From Clostridia bacterium (GTDB lineage Bacteria > Bacillota > Clostridia > Oscillospirales > CAG-272), in assembly GCA_017463075.1 (NCBI GenBank), contig JAFTPW010000213.1:1-29128 (forward strand): 29,128 nt of DNA, read 5' to 3'. Positions 15,014 to 25,291 of the stretch are shown piece by piece (within the stretch, counting starts at the first letter, position 1; every line of letters starts with the position of its first letter). A program made the position numbers and the translations under genes. The notes under the pieces were generated by a model. It ran no database searches. It was not told the origin of the DNA and worked only from the letters and a program-made list of their open reading frames with translations.

Positions 15014-17167
15014 ATGAAAAACAAAGAAAACCTGACCCGCCTGATCGCCATGGCGGCAATCTACATCACCATCGCCGTGATTTATATCGGCAGGCTTCTC
15101 TATCTGCAAGTCAGCGGACAGGATTACTATACCATGTCCACGCCCGTTTCATACGTGACACGGTATGAGAAAATTCAGGCTCAGCGCGGCGAAATTTACG
15201 ACCGCAACGGTGAGGCGCTTGTCACCAATGACTATTCCTATACCATCATGCTCGATTACGCAACCCGACCCGATACGCAGACGGAAATCAACGAAATGCT
15301 CCTCGATATCGCCGCCATTGCCGCTCGGAGCGGTGAGACCGACTGCCTGACCGAGCCGCGTTCGTCCATCAATATCTCCGCAAACCGGAACGGGCTCAGC
15401 TTCTCCTACCCCGACGGCTTCTTCGATACCGCGCGCGGAAGACGCTACCAAAAGCTCGTCACGGAGCTGGGTGCGGATGAAGACGCCGCAATCGAGGACG
15501 AAGCGCAGATTCTCATGCTCCACTACGGGATTCTCTCCCGCGAGCGCAATGATGACCCCGATACCGAGGAAATCGAATACGATTACTACTACAACTATAC
15601 ATACGACATGGCAAAGAAGCTCCTCACCACGCGGCTTGACATGGATCTGTCCGAATTTTCGTCGGTTCAGCCGTATCCTGTCGCGGAGGATGTTTCGCTT
15701 GCCTTCATCACGGGCGTTGAGGAATCCTTTGCAAGAGGAATCACCGTGCGCGTTTCTGCCGGACGTGTTTACAATTATCCCGGATACGCGTCCCACATCC
15801 TCGGCTCCATTGGCAAAATCACCGCCGAAAACGTGGATTACTACACCGAACGCGGGTACTCCTATGACGCCATCGTCGGAATCAACGGTGTCGAAGCCGC
15901 GTTTGAAGAATACCTCCGCGGTCAGGACGGCGTTCTGAAAATCACCGAGGACGGCTACGGCAATATCGTCTCGACCGAGGTCTACACCGAGCCCGTTGCG
16001 GGAAAGGATGTGTACCTCACCATCGATATCGGCATGCAGATGTGCGCGGAAAAAGCCCTCGCCGAGAATATTTTCAAGATCCGTGCGGATGCAAAATGGG
16101 ACGATCCCCTGTCCGGTGAAGACGCCGCCGCCGGAGCTATGACGGTCGAGGACTGCGATACCGGCGAAATTCTCGCGATCTGCTCCTACCCGACGTACAA
16201 TCTTGAGACGTATCAGGAGGATCTCACCGGTCTTCTCTCCGATGAAACGTCTCCGCTCTATAACCGCGCGCTCTACGGTCTGTATGCACCCGGCTCGACG
16301 TTCAAGGTCGGCGTCGCGCTTGCGGCACTGGAGGAAGGCATCATCGAAAAGGACACCGTCATCGACACCAAGGGTATCTACACCTACTACGAGGAGTCCA
16401 ACTATACGCCGCGGTGCTGGCTGTACCTGATGACGGGACGTTCCCATGGCCCAATCGCCGTCGTCGAAGCGATTCAGGAGTCGTGCAACTACTTCTTCTA
16501 CGACGTCGGACGCCGGCTCACGATTGAAAAAATGAACGAATACTGCACTCTCTACGGTCTCGGTCAGCCTACCGGGATTGAGCTGCCGGAATACACGGGC
16601 CTTTTAGCGGGTCCGGATTACCGGAACGACAACGGCCTCGGCAAATGGAGCCCGGGTGACACATTGCAGGCGGCGATCGGACAGAGTGACAACCAGTTCA
16701 ATCCCCTTCAGATCAGCTCGTACATTGCGTCGATTCTCAACGGCGGCGTCCGCTACCGTGCGCATCTGTTGTACGAAGTCCGCGAATACACCGGCGAGCT
16801 CGTCTACAAGAACAATCCGACGGTGGCATCCGAATACAAGCTCGAGGACGACATTCTCGCGACCCTCAAGGAAGGCATGAAGGGCGTTATGGACAACGGT
16901 TCCGCGGCGTCGGTCTTCTCCGGGTACGAGATTTCCGTCGGCGGCAAAACCGGTACGGCGCAGGTCTCCGATAAAAAGTCTGACAACGGCATCATGACTG
17001 CGTTTGCACCGTTTGAAGACCCGGAAATCGTCGTGACCTGCATCATTGAGCAGGCGAGCGGCGGTACCGAGGCGGGTTACTCCGTGCGCGACGTGTTCGA
17101 CTACTACTTCGACGTGGACGCAATCCGTGCCGCAAAAGCTGCGGAAACAGCGGATACGAACGAATAA
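15014..17167 (+). CDS. Class B penicillin-binding protein (PBP2/MrdA-like transpeptidase)
   Basis: N-terminal TM, dimerisation-domain motifs RGEIYDRNG and GINGVEAAFEEYLRG, and SxxK (GSTFK), SxN (ESCN) and KTG (GKTGTAQ). Confidence 0.92.
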   Translation: MKNKENLTRLIAMAAIYITIAVIYIGRLLYLQVSGQDYYTMSTPVSYVTRYEKIQAQRGEIYDRNGEALVTNDYSYTIMLDYATRPDTQTEINEMLLDIAAIAARSGETDCLTEPRSSINISANRNGLSFSYPDGFFDTARGRRYQKLVTELGADEDAAIEDEAQILMLHYGILSRERNDDPDTEEIEYDYYYNYTYDMAKKLLTTRLDMDLSEFSSVQPYPVAEDVSLAFITGVEESFARGITVRVSAGRVYNYPGYASHILGSIGKITAENVDYYTERGYSYDAIVGINGVEAAFEEYLRGQDGVLKITEDGYGNIVSTEVYTEPVAGKDVYLTIDIGMQMCAEKALAENIFKIRADAKWDDPLSGEDAAAGAMTVEDCDTGEILAICSYPTYNLETYQEDLTGLLSDETSPLYNRALYGLYAPGSTFKVGVALAALEEGIIEKDTVIDTKGIYTYYEESNYTPRCWLYLMTGRSHGPIAVVEAIQESCNYFFYDVGRRLTIEKMNEYCTLYGLGQPTGIELPEYTGLLAGPDYRNDNGLGKWSPGDTLQAAIGQSDNQFNPLQISSYIASILNGGVRYRAHLLYEVREYTGELVYKNNPTVASEYKLEDDILATLKEGMKGVMDNGSAASVFSGYEISVGGKTGTAQVSDKKSDNGIMTAFAPFEDPEIVVTCIIEQASGGTEAGYSVRDVFDYYFDVDAIRAAKAAETADTNE

Positions 17168-17183
17168 TACTGCATTATAAAGA

Positions 17184-17834
17184 ATGAGAGAAAAATCCAT
17201 GCCCGATATTCATGCAATACACGACATCCTGAAACGGCTCTACCCGGACGCGCAGTGTTCCCTGGAGTACAGCGGTGACCCGTGGCGGCTCCTTGTTGCG
17301 GCGCGGCTGTCGGCGCAGTGCACGGATGAGCGGGTGAACATTGTCTGCGTGCCGCTGTTTGAAAAATTCCCGGACGTGTACGCGTTCGCGGAGGCGGAAG
17401 TCGCGGAAATTGAGAAAATCATCCGGCCGTGCGGGCTGTACCACACGAAGGCGCTCTCAATTCACGAGTCGGCGAAGATTGTTGCCGGAAAGTACGGCGG
17501 CAAAGTCCCGGAAACGATGGAAGAGCTCCTGGAGCTGCCCGGCGTAGGTCGGAAAATTGCCAATCTCCTGCTCGGTGACTGCTTCGGAAAACCGGGCATT
17601 GTCGCTGATACGCACTGCATCCACATCAACGGCCGCTTCGGGTTCTATTCGGTGACGCTGAAGGATCCTCTGAAGGTTGAGCGGATTCTGGAAACAATCG
17701 TGCCCACCGAGGAACAGGCGGATTACTGCCACCGCATGGTGCTCTTCGGACGCGAACACTGCACGGCGAGAAATCCGGCGTGCGGGATGTGTCCTCTCCG
17801 GGAACTGTGCGGATTTAAGAATAAAAACAACTGA
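17184..17834 (+). CDS. nth: Endonuclease III
   Basis: SAQCTDERVN, HhH LPGVGRKIAN, catalytic DTH, 4Fe-4S motif CTARNPACGMCPLRELC. Start may be 17199. Confidence 0.93.
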   Translation: MREKSMPDIHAIHDILKRLYPDAQCSLEYSGDPWRLLVAARLSAQCTDERVNIVCVPLFEKFPDVYAFAEAEVAEIEKIIRPCGLYHTKALSIHESAKIVAGKYGGKVPETMEELLELPGVGRKIANLLLGDCFGKPGIVADTHCIHINGRFGFYSVTLKDPLKVERILETIVPTEEQADYCHRMVLFGREHCTARNPACGMCPLRELCGFKNKNN

Positions 17835-17848
17835 AATTTGGTATAAAT

Positions 17849-19096
17849 ATGCATCACGATACTGAAACAAAAATGACCCTGCCGGCTCCGGTGATCTACG
17901 TCATGGAGAAGCTGGAATCGGCGGGATACACAGCTTACGCCGTCGGCGGGTGCGTGCGGGATCATCTCATGGGACGCGTTCCCGGGGACTACGATGTGAC
18001 AACATCTGCGAAGCCGGAAGAGATGCTGGAAGTATTTTCCTCTGACCGCGTCGTGGAAACGGGACTCAAGCACGGCACCGTCACCATCGTGAAGGACGGG
18101 ATGAATGTGGAAACGACGACGTACCGCATCGACGGAACCTACGACGACGGCAGGCATCCCGACTCGGTGACGTTCACGGATCGCCTCGACGATGACCTCT
18201 GCCGCCGGGATTTCACGATCAACGCGATGGCGTATAACCCCGTCCGCGGAATTGTTGACCTGTGGAACGGGCGCGAAGATCTCGAAAAACGGTCAATCCG
18301 GTGCGTCGGATGCGCAAAAGAGCGGTTTTCAGAGGATGGACTGCGGATTCTGCGCGCTTTGCGGTTCGCGTCGGTGCTCGATTTCGCGCCGGACGAGGAA
18401 TGCGCCGAGGGTGTGCGGGACTTGAAGCATCTGCTTGACAAAATCTCGCGCGAGCGGATTTACGTGGAGTTAACCAAGCTCCTGAACGGTGTCGGTGCCG
18501 CGCGGATTTTGCGGGAATTTCCGGAAATCATCGCACATGCACTTCCGTATCTGGAAGAAAATGGAGTGGTGCGTGCAGCGGATTTTATCGAATTGGATGA
18601 AGTGCTGGTAAAATCAGGATATCCGAAGAATCCCGGACTGCGGTATGCACTGCTGTTTGCGTCGCTCGATGAGAAGCAGGCTGCGGATGCCATGAACTCC
18701 CTCAAGCCGTCGCGGGACGAAAAAAACGCCGTGATGACGCTCGTAAAAAAGCGCGGCGGCGGAATCGGTGTGAATAAATATGCAGTCAAGTGCCTGATGC
18801 GCGACGCAGGGGATGACTTTGCTGAGACGCTGGCGCGGTATCTCTGTGTGACCGGAACTATCACGGCAGAAGCGTTTGAAGAAGCGCGTTCCCTGTCGGC
18901 GGAAATTCTCGCGAAGGATGAATGCCGCCGCGTCGCACAGCTCGATGTGAGCGGGCAGGACATGATCGCGCTCGGTCTGAAAGGGCGGGAAATCGGCGAT
19001 ACGCTTGCGAAGCTGCTCGATCTCGTCATGCAGGAGAAAGTCGGAAATTTGCGTTCTGAACTGCTCGGGAAAGCGCGGAGCATGAGAGGTAATTGA
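17849..19096 (+). CDS. cca: CCA-adding tRNA nucleotidyltransferase (class II)
   Basis: VGGCVRD, DYD, DLCRRDFTINAMA and FSEDGLRILRALRF motifs. Start may be 17873. Confidence 0.88.
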   Translation: MHHDTETKMTLPAPVIYVMEKLESAGYTAYAVGGCVRDHLMGRVPGDYDVTTSAKPEEMLEVFSSDRVVETGLKHGTVTIVKDGMNVETTTYRIDGTYDDGRHPDSVTFTDRLDDDLCRRDFTINAMAYNPVRGIVDLWNGREDLEKRSIRCVGCAKERFSEDGLRILRALRFASVLDFAPDEECAEGVRDLKHLLDKISRERIYVELTKLLNGVGAARILREFPEIIAHALPYLEENGVVRAADFIELDEVLVKSGYPKNPGLRYALLFASLDEKQAADAMNSLKPSRDEKNAVMTLVKKRGGGIGVNKYAVKCLMRDAGDDFAETLARYLCVTGTITAEAFEEARSLSAEILAKDECRRVAQLDVSGQDMIALGLKGREIGDTLAKLLDLVMQEKVGNLRSELLGKARSMRGN

Positions 19097-19314
19097 TGGA
19101 AAATACAGTGAAACCGGCAAAATCAAAGCAGAAACAGCGTCCGACGCCGTGCGAGACTTGCGTGCATTACGACGTCATTGACGAAAGCGGGACGCTCGGC
19201 TGTACCGTCGACGTGGACGAGGACGACCTCTACCGCGAGCGCACGGACCGGCGGCAGGGATGCCCGTACTACAAATTCTACGACGAATACAAGTCGGTTC
19301 GCAGACAGAACTGA
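19096..19314 (+). CDS. Small Cys-rich protein (72 aa, DUF6472-like)
   Basis: CETCVHY...C...DEDD...CPYY...DEYKSVRRQ pattern, with a TGATG overlap with the cca stop. Family name is from recognition only. Confidence 0.7.
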   Translation: MENTVKPAKSKQKQRPTPCETCVHYDVIDESGTLGCTVDVDEDDLYRERTDRRQGCPYYKFYDEYKSVRRQN

Positions 19315-19359
19315 CGGGGATGTTGTGCAAAATATTAACATTACAAGGCGGTTGGATTC

Positions 19360-20379
19360 ATGAAAGTGAAAGTACCGGAAACACAGAAACGCACCGTGAA
19401 GGTGGAAATACCTGGTATCGCGGACCGGCATCAGGTGCACATTCTCAACCCCGCATCCGGCGGAACCAAGGGCGGAAAAGCCTACGAAGCTGCGAAAAAA
19501 GCGGTTGAAAACTCCGGCGGCGAGATCCGGATCAGCGAGAAGCCCGGCGGAATTGAAGAACTGACCGCGGAGCTGTTTGCGAAGGAGCCGTTTGCACATG
19601 CCATCGTTTACGGCGGCGACGGAACGGTGAATGAGGCGGTAAACGGCATCATGAAGTCGGGAAACAGCCGGACTGCGTCGTTTTCGGTCATTCCGCTCGG
19701 CTCCGGAAACGATTTTTCGCGCTACGCGAACGATTCGGATGCCTTCAAAAAAGCGGATCTGAACAAAATCGACGTCATCAAAACCACGTCCGGCGGCAAT
19801 GTGCGGTACTGCATGAACGTCATGAACGTCGGATTTGACTGCGATGTTGTGTGGGAAACGTACTCGCTCAAAAAGATCCCGATCTTCCGCGGATCGATGG
19901 CGTATATCGCGGGCGTGCTCAAGGTTCTTTTGAAAAAGAAAGTGATCGATGCCAAAGTTTCCCTTTTTGACTGCGCGGGAGTGAGTCCGGAAGAGTGCAA
20001 AAAAATAACAAATGACCTCGTACTGGAGCAGAAGGTTCTGCTGACGGCGGGCGCAAATTCACGCTACTACGGCGGCGGATTCTACGCGGCACCGTTGGCG
20101 GATCTCAGCGACGGGCTCATGGATATCCTCGTTGTGAACGATGTCTCGATCCCGAAATTCCTGAGCCTCGTCGGGGCGTATCATGATGGGAATTACATCG
20201 ATGAAAATGGTGTGGTTTCGGAAAAGTTTACCAACGTAATCAGTTACAGAAGGTGCCGCGCGATGGAAATTGTCGGACCGACGCGGTACTGCCTTGACGG
20301 TGAAATACTGGAAACCGGTGAGGATCGTACCTTGCGCGCAGAGGTCATTCCGGGAGCACTCTGGTTCGCGGCGCTGTGA
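19360..20379 (+). CDS. Diacylglycerol-kinase-family lipid kinase (YegS/BmrU-like)
   Basis: NPASG, GGDGTVNE, PLGSGNDF, YYGGG and LDGE motifs. Confidence 0.9.
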   Translation: MKVKVPETQKRTVKVEIPGIADRHQVHILNPASGGTKGGKAYEAAKKAVENSGGEIRISEKPGGIEELTAELFAKEPFAHAIVYGGDGTVNEAVNGIMKSGNSRTASFSVIPLGSGNDFSRYANDSDAFKKADLNKIDVIKTTSGGNVRYCMNVMNVGFDCDVVWETYSLKKIPIFRGSMAYIAGVLKVLLKKKVIDAKVSLFDCAGVSPEECKKITNDLVLEQKVLLTAGANSRYYGGGFYAAPLADLSDGLMDILVVNDVSIPKFLSLVGAYHDGNYIDENGVVSEKFTNVISYRRCRAMEIVGPTRYCLDGEILETGEDRTLRAEVIPGALWFAAL

Positions 20380-20458
20380 TGCATATACATTGCATATGAC
20401 TGCATAAATAGTATGTAATCCCGCCGGAAGTTTTTCGGGAACCGACGGGGTGAGACCT

Positions 20459-20923
20459 TCACATATGGCGGCGTTTCGGGAGAAGTGCGACGACGAGTGC
20501 GATGATTGCGGCGACGATGATGATCGAGAGAATCACCGCGAACCAGCTTGTGCCGGTGGTCATGGATCCTGCGTCCGTGTTTTCGGATTCCGTTGCCGGA
20601 GCGGTGTTATAGTCGGGAGCGTTTGCTGAATTATCGGTGATATCGCCGTTGGAGCCGGTTTCGCCGGGAATTTCACCGTTTGCGGTACCTCCTGCGGTGC
20701 CATCGTTGATTCCACCGTTGTTTGCGGCGTCACCTGTGCGCGCATTGTTGCCGCTGTCGAACGGAGTGCCTGCGTCATCGGTCGGAGCGAGCTGCTCGGA
20801 TACTGCAGCACCGCCGGAACCGGTAACTGCACCGTCGGCGAGCGTCATCCCTGTGGCGGAAATCCCCGCGGCGAGGACGTACAAGAGCGCGGTGCAGATG
20901 CATAAACATACAAATTTCTTCAT
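20459..20923 (-). CDS. Hypothetical surface protein: signal peptide, low-complexity G/N/T/A/D linker, C-terminal TM anchor
   Basis: AGGAGG RBS, N-terminal MKKFVCLCICTALL, and a C-terminal hydrophobic helix followed by PKRRH. Confidence 0.75.
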   Translation of the reverse strand: MKKFVCLCICTALLYVLAAGISATGMTLADGAVTGSGGAAVSEQLAPTDDAGTPFDSGNNARTGDAANNGGINDGTAGGTANGEIPGETGSNGDITDNSANAPDYNTAPATESENTDAGSMTTGTSWFAVILSIIIVAAIIALVVALLPKRRHM

Positions 20924-21015
20924 AACAAATTACCTCCTGTCGGATGCTGTATTGTTGTCCGGATCGGAGGAAATTATTCGGATAATTACCAATTTTTCTA
21001 TCGTCAGGAGACGCC

Positions 21016-21330
21016 ATGGAAACCAAGAGATTTACAAAAAACGACAATTCGTTCGTCTGTGCGAACTGCGGAAATGAAGTGCCGCCGCTGAAATACACGT
21101 CGCGGAATCACTGCCCAAAGTGCCTGTGCTCCCTGCATTTGGACGTCAACCCGGGCGACCGCGCGTCGGACTGTGCCGGCGTCATGGACCCGGTAACCGC
21201 GGAACCCGATCCCAAGAAGGGGTTCATCATCACGCACAGGTGCAGAAAATGCGGTGCGCTGAGACGGAACAAGGCCGCGGACGATGATGACCGTGCGAAG
21301 CTGATTAAACTGACCGCACAGCATATTTGA
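21016..21330 (+). CDS. RNHCP domain protein
   Basis: CANC...RNHCPKC...C...HRCRKC zinc-binding pattern, with AGGAG RBS. Confidence 0.9.
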   Translation: METKRFTKNDNSFVCANCGNEVPPLKYTSRNHCPKCLCSLHLDVNPGDRASDCAGVMDPVTAEPDPKKGFIITHRCRKCGALRRNKAADDDDRAKLIKLTAQHI

Positions 21331-21400
21331 ATATTGAATGCAAAAATATACAGAAATCCTGCCGTGAGAGCGTGGATTTCTGATTTCAGGAGAACTCTAA

Positions 21401-22189
21401 ATGGAAATATTTGAGAGAACAGAGATGCTTCTCGGGCGAAAATCCGTGAAAAAACTCGCGGACTGCCACGTTGCCGTGTTCGGCGTCGGAGGCGTCGGAG
21501 GACACTGCGCGGAGGCTCTGGCACGCTCAGGCATCGGAAAACTGACCCTCATCGACGGGGACACGGTCGCGGAATCGAACCTGAACCGGCAGATGATTGC
21601 GACGATGAAGACGCTAGGAATGCCGAAAACGCAGGCCGCGGAGGAAAGAATTCACGAGATCATCCCCGGATGCGAGGTCGTCTGCCGGCAGGAATTTGTC
21701 CTTCCGGAGCTGCTCGAAACGTGGGATTTCACGCAGTTTGACTACGTCGTGGACGCGATCGACACGGTTTCCGCCAAGCTCGCGATCGCAAAAATCTGCG
21801 ACAGACTGGGGATTCCTGCGATTTCCGCGATGGGCGCAGGGAACAAAATTGACCCGACGAAGTTTGTCGTAACGGACATTTCCAAGACCTCGGTCTGCCC
21901 GCTTGCGGCGGTGATGAGACGGGAACTTCGGAAAGCCGGCGTGAAGAAACTCAAGGTCGTTTACTCCACGGAACAGGCAATCCGTCCGGAATTTCAGCCG
22001 GGAGAGATGGAAACAGAGGAAGAAAATACCATGGAAATTTCCGCGTCCGGAAAAGCACCGTACCGGAGAGCGACACCGGCATCCTGCTCGTTCGTTCCGG
22101 CAGCTGCGGGCCTGATTATGGCGGGGGAAGTTGTCAGGGATCTCTGCGCGGACGAGCTGAAAGAATCGCTTGAGAAGCGCGGAAAGTGA
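21401..22189 (+). CDS. tcdA: tRNA threonylcarbamoyladenosine dehydratase (ThiF/E1-like)
   Basis: GVGGVGG, SNLNRQ, VVDAIDTVSAK, MGAGNKIDP and CPLAAVMRRELRK motifs. Confidence 0.88.
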   Translation: MEIFERTEMLLGRKSVKKLADCHVAVFGVGGVGGHCAEALARSGIGKLTLIDGDTVAESNLNRQMIATMKTLGMPKTQAAEERIHEIIPGCEVVCRQEFVLPELLETWDFTQFDYVVDAIDTVSAKLAIAKICDRLGIPAISAMGAGNKIDPTKFVVTDISKTSVCPLAAVMRRELRKAGVKKLKVVYSTEQAIRPEFQPGEMETEEENTMEISASGKAPYRRATPASCSFVPAAAGLIMAGEVVRDLCADELKESLEKRGK

Positions 22190-22198
22190 GACGGCGGA

Positions 22199-23101
22199 AT
22201 GAACAATAACGAGAACGCAAAACAGGCGGAAATGACGGAAAATACTGCCGAAATCACCAAAAACGAGCCGGAGAACACCGACAATTCGCCGAGATACCGC
22301 GATCCCGTGAACAGCATCCTCAAGAAGTACCGCAAGGAAATCTGGGGGCCGTTCACGTCCGCGCTCAAGGATTACCGCCTCATCGATCCGGGGGATAAAA
22401 TCGCGGTCTGCATGTCCGGCGGGAAGGATTCTGCGCTCCTCGGCGTGCTCCTGAAACAGCTTCAGCGGCACTCGGACGTCCCGTATGAACTGGAATTTAT
22501 CGCGATGGATCCGGGCTACAATCCTGCCAATCGGGAGCTTCTTCTGAAAAATTGCCGGAAGCTGGATCTGCCCGTGAAGATGTTCGAAACCAACATTTTT
22601 TCCGTCGCCGAGAAGCAGGAGAAGAACCCGTGCTACCTTTGTGCGAGAATGCGCCGCGGGCATCTTTACAGCTTCGCGCAGTCGCTGGGATGCAACAAAA
22701 TTGCCCTCGGACACCACTTCTCCGACGTGATCGAGACGACGCTGATGGGGATGCTGTGGGGCTCGCAGATTCAGGCAATGCTCCCGAAACTGCACTCGAC
22801 AAATTACCCGGGCATGGAGCTGATCCGACCGATGTACAAGATTCACGAGGACGCAATTGTGGCGTGGGCGCGGTACAACGATCTGCATTTTTTGCAGTGC
22901 GCGTGCCTGATGACGGAGAAAGCCGAAGTTGACGAAAACGCATCGAAGCGGCGGGAAACCAAGCGCCTGATCCGCGAGCTGAAGCAGTCCAATCCCGACG
23001 TCGAGAAGAACATCTTCAACTCCATCCACCGCGCGAATGTCGATACCCTCGTCGGCTACAAGCTGAACGACGAACAGCACACATTTTTGGATAATTATTA
23101 A
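22199..23101 (+). CDS. ttcA: TtcA-family PP-loop tRNA thiolation protein
   Basis: PP-loop SGGKDS, CYLC, LGHHFSD, LIRPM and CAC motifs. Confidence 0.8.
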   Translation: MNNNENAKQAEMTENTAEITKNEPENTDNSPRYRDPVNSILKKYRKEIWGPFTSALKDYRLIDPGDKIAVCMSGGKDSALLGVLLKQLQRHSDVPYELEFIAMDPGYNPANRELLLKNCRKLDLPVKMFETNIFSVAEKQEKNPCYLCARMRRGHLYSFAQSLGCNKIALGHHFSDVIETTLMGMLWGSQIQAMLPKLHSTNYPGMELIRPMYKIHEDAIVAWARYNDLHFLQCACLMTEKAEVDENASKRRETKRLIRELKQSNPDVEKNIFNSIHRANVDTLVGYKLNDEQHTFLDNY

Positions 23102-23113
23102 TATTTAATGCAT

Positions 23114-23151
23114 AAACGGGTTTTCTTCAGATGGAGGAAACCTGTTTTTTT
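23114..23151 (+). terminator. Intrinsic terminator
   Basis: AAACGGGTTTTCTTC-AGAT-GGAGGAAACCTGTTT followed by a T-run. Confidence 0.8.
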
Positions 23152-23163
23152 GCCGGATGTACC

Positions 23164-23193
23164 TTGACGGACGCGTGACTTGTGTGATATAAT
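23164..23193 (+). promoter_or_regulatory. sigmaA promoter of mnmG
   Basis: TTGACG-18 nt-TATAAT with extended TG. Confidence 0.75.
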
Positions 23194-23232
23194 ATAATGT
23201 TAAAAAATGCGAATTTACCGGAGGAATCTCCA

Positions 23233-25134
23233 ATGAACCATACATTCACTCCCTTCTCTGCCGGGGATTTCGATATCGCCGTCGTCGGAGCGGGTCATGC
23301 CGGGGTCGAAGCGGCTCTTGCGTGTGCCAGAATCGGCATCCGGACCGCGCTGTTTTCCCTGTCCCTCGACGCCATCGCGAACATGCCGTGCAATCCGTCC
23401 ATTGGCGGAACCGGAAAGGGGCATCTCGTCTTTGAAATCGACGCGCTCGGCGGGGAAATGGGATACATCGCGGACAAATGTACGATGCAGTCGCGGACGC
23501 TGAACACCTCAAAAGGTGCGGCAGTGCAGTCCAAGCGCGTGTAGGCAGACCGCAGACTCTACACCGACATGATGAAATCCGTCGTTGAGGAGCAGGAAAA
23601 CCTCACCGTCGTGCAGGCGGAGGTCACCGAAATCCTCACCGATGCGGCGGACGACGGACTCAGACGCGTCATCGGCGTGAGAACCGAGCCCTGCGGCGAC
23701 TTTGCCTGCCGTGCGGCGATTCTCTGCACCGGGACGTACCTCGGCGGAACGACACACGTGGGTGAGGTGAAAAAAGCGTCCGGACCCGACAATTCCCTGC
23801 CGGCGACGGGGCTGACCGATGCACTGAGAGAACTCGGGATCGATCTGATGCGGTTCAAGACGGGTACGCCGCCGAGAATCCACCGCAGATCGATCGATTT
23901 TGACGCGCTCGAGGTGCAGGTGGGTGAAGAATACATCACGCCGTTCTCGAGCCGGACCGATGAAGCCGCGCTGAACGCCATCGGGCAGGTGCCGTGCCAC
24001 GTTGTTTACACGAATGAGGAAACGCACCGCATCATCCACGAGAACATCCACCGCTCGCCGCTGTATTCCGGTCAGATCCACGGAACGGGACCGCGCTACT
24101 GCCCGTCGATTGAGGACAAGGTCGTGCGGTTTGCGGACAAGGAGCGGCATCAGCTCTTCGTCGAACCGATGGGGCTGAACACGGACGAGATCTATTTACA
24201 GGGATTTTCCTCTTCCCTCCCGGCGGACGTACAGGTGAAAATGCTGCATTCGCTCAAGGGTTTCGAGCACGCTGAGATCATGCGCTACGCGTACGCGATC
24301 GAGTACGACTGCGTGAATCCTCTCGAGCTGCGCGGGACGCTGGAATTCAAGAAAATTCACGGGCTCTACGGCGCGGGTCAGTTCAACGGCACGTCAGGCT
24401 ACGAGGAAGCGGCGGCGCAGGGACTTGTCGCGGGCATCAACGCGGCGCTCGCCCTTTCGGGCAAGGATCCGATGATACTGAAGCGCTCCGAGAGCTACAT
24501 AGGCACGCTGATCGACGATCTCGTGACCAAGGGCACCAACGAGCCCTACCGAATGATGACGTCGCGCTCGGAATACCGCCTGCTTTTGCGTCAGGACAAC
24601 GCCGACTCGCGACTGACACCGATAGGATACAAGGTCGGGCTCGTCACACCTGACAGATACGCGCGCTTCACGGCGAAAAAGAAAGCAATAGAGGAAGAGG
24701 TCGAACGACTCAACACGACCTACGTCTCTCCCGAAAAGGCGAATCCTCTGCTCGACCGCTACGGAATGCCCCCGATAATCTCGGGAGTATCTCTTGGAGA
24801 TCTCATAAGACGACCGCAGCTCGATTACGAGGCGATCGCCGAGCTTGATAAAAAGCGCCCCACGCTCTCCCGCGCGGTAAAGAACACCGTAGAGGTGGAC
24901 ATCAAATATGCGGGCTACATCAAAAAGCAGGTGGCAGAGATCGCGAGAATGGAGAGGCTTGAGGAAAAACGGCTCCCCGAAGATATAGATTACCTTTCCT
25001 TGCGCGGACTTCGCATCGAGGCGGCGCAAAAGCTTGACAAATTCCGTCCAATGACGGTCGGTCAGGCATCGAGGATCAGCGGCGTCAACCCCGCCGACGT
25101 GTCGGTGCTGTTGATTTATCTGGGGTTGAAGTAG
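23233..25134 (+). pseudogene. mnmG: tRNA uridine-5-carboxymethylaminomethyl synthesis enzyme MnmG/GidA, interrupted by an in-frame TAG at codon 104
   Basis: [24 protein letters not shown] and AGQFNGTSGYEEAAAQG motifs. The two listed ORFs (23197-23544, 23569-25134) are in one frame, split only by TAG 23542-23544. Gene identity is secure; pseudogene status is not. Confidence 0.75.
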
Positions 25135-25209
25135 ATCGAAGATTTACAGTAAAATCCTTAGCCATCAGAGTGCGCATTTTCGCTCGTTTTTCTATTTTTG
25201 CACCACATA

Positions 25210-25238
25210 TTGCGCAAAAACGCGAATCGTGCTATCAT
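25210..25238 (+). promoter_or_regulatory. Possible sigmaA promoter upstream of rsmG
   Basis: TTGCGC-17 nt-TATCAT with extended TG. Confidence 0.55.
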
Positions 25239-25291
25239 TTGAATATCGCAAACGAGATCTTTGATGAAAAGAACATCTAAAGCAAAAAGCT

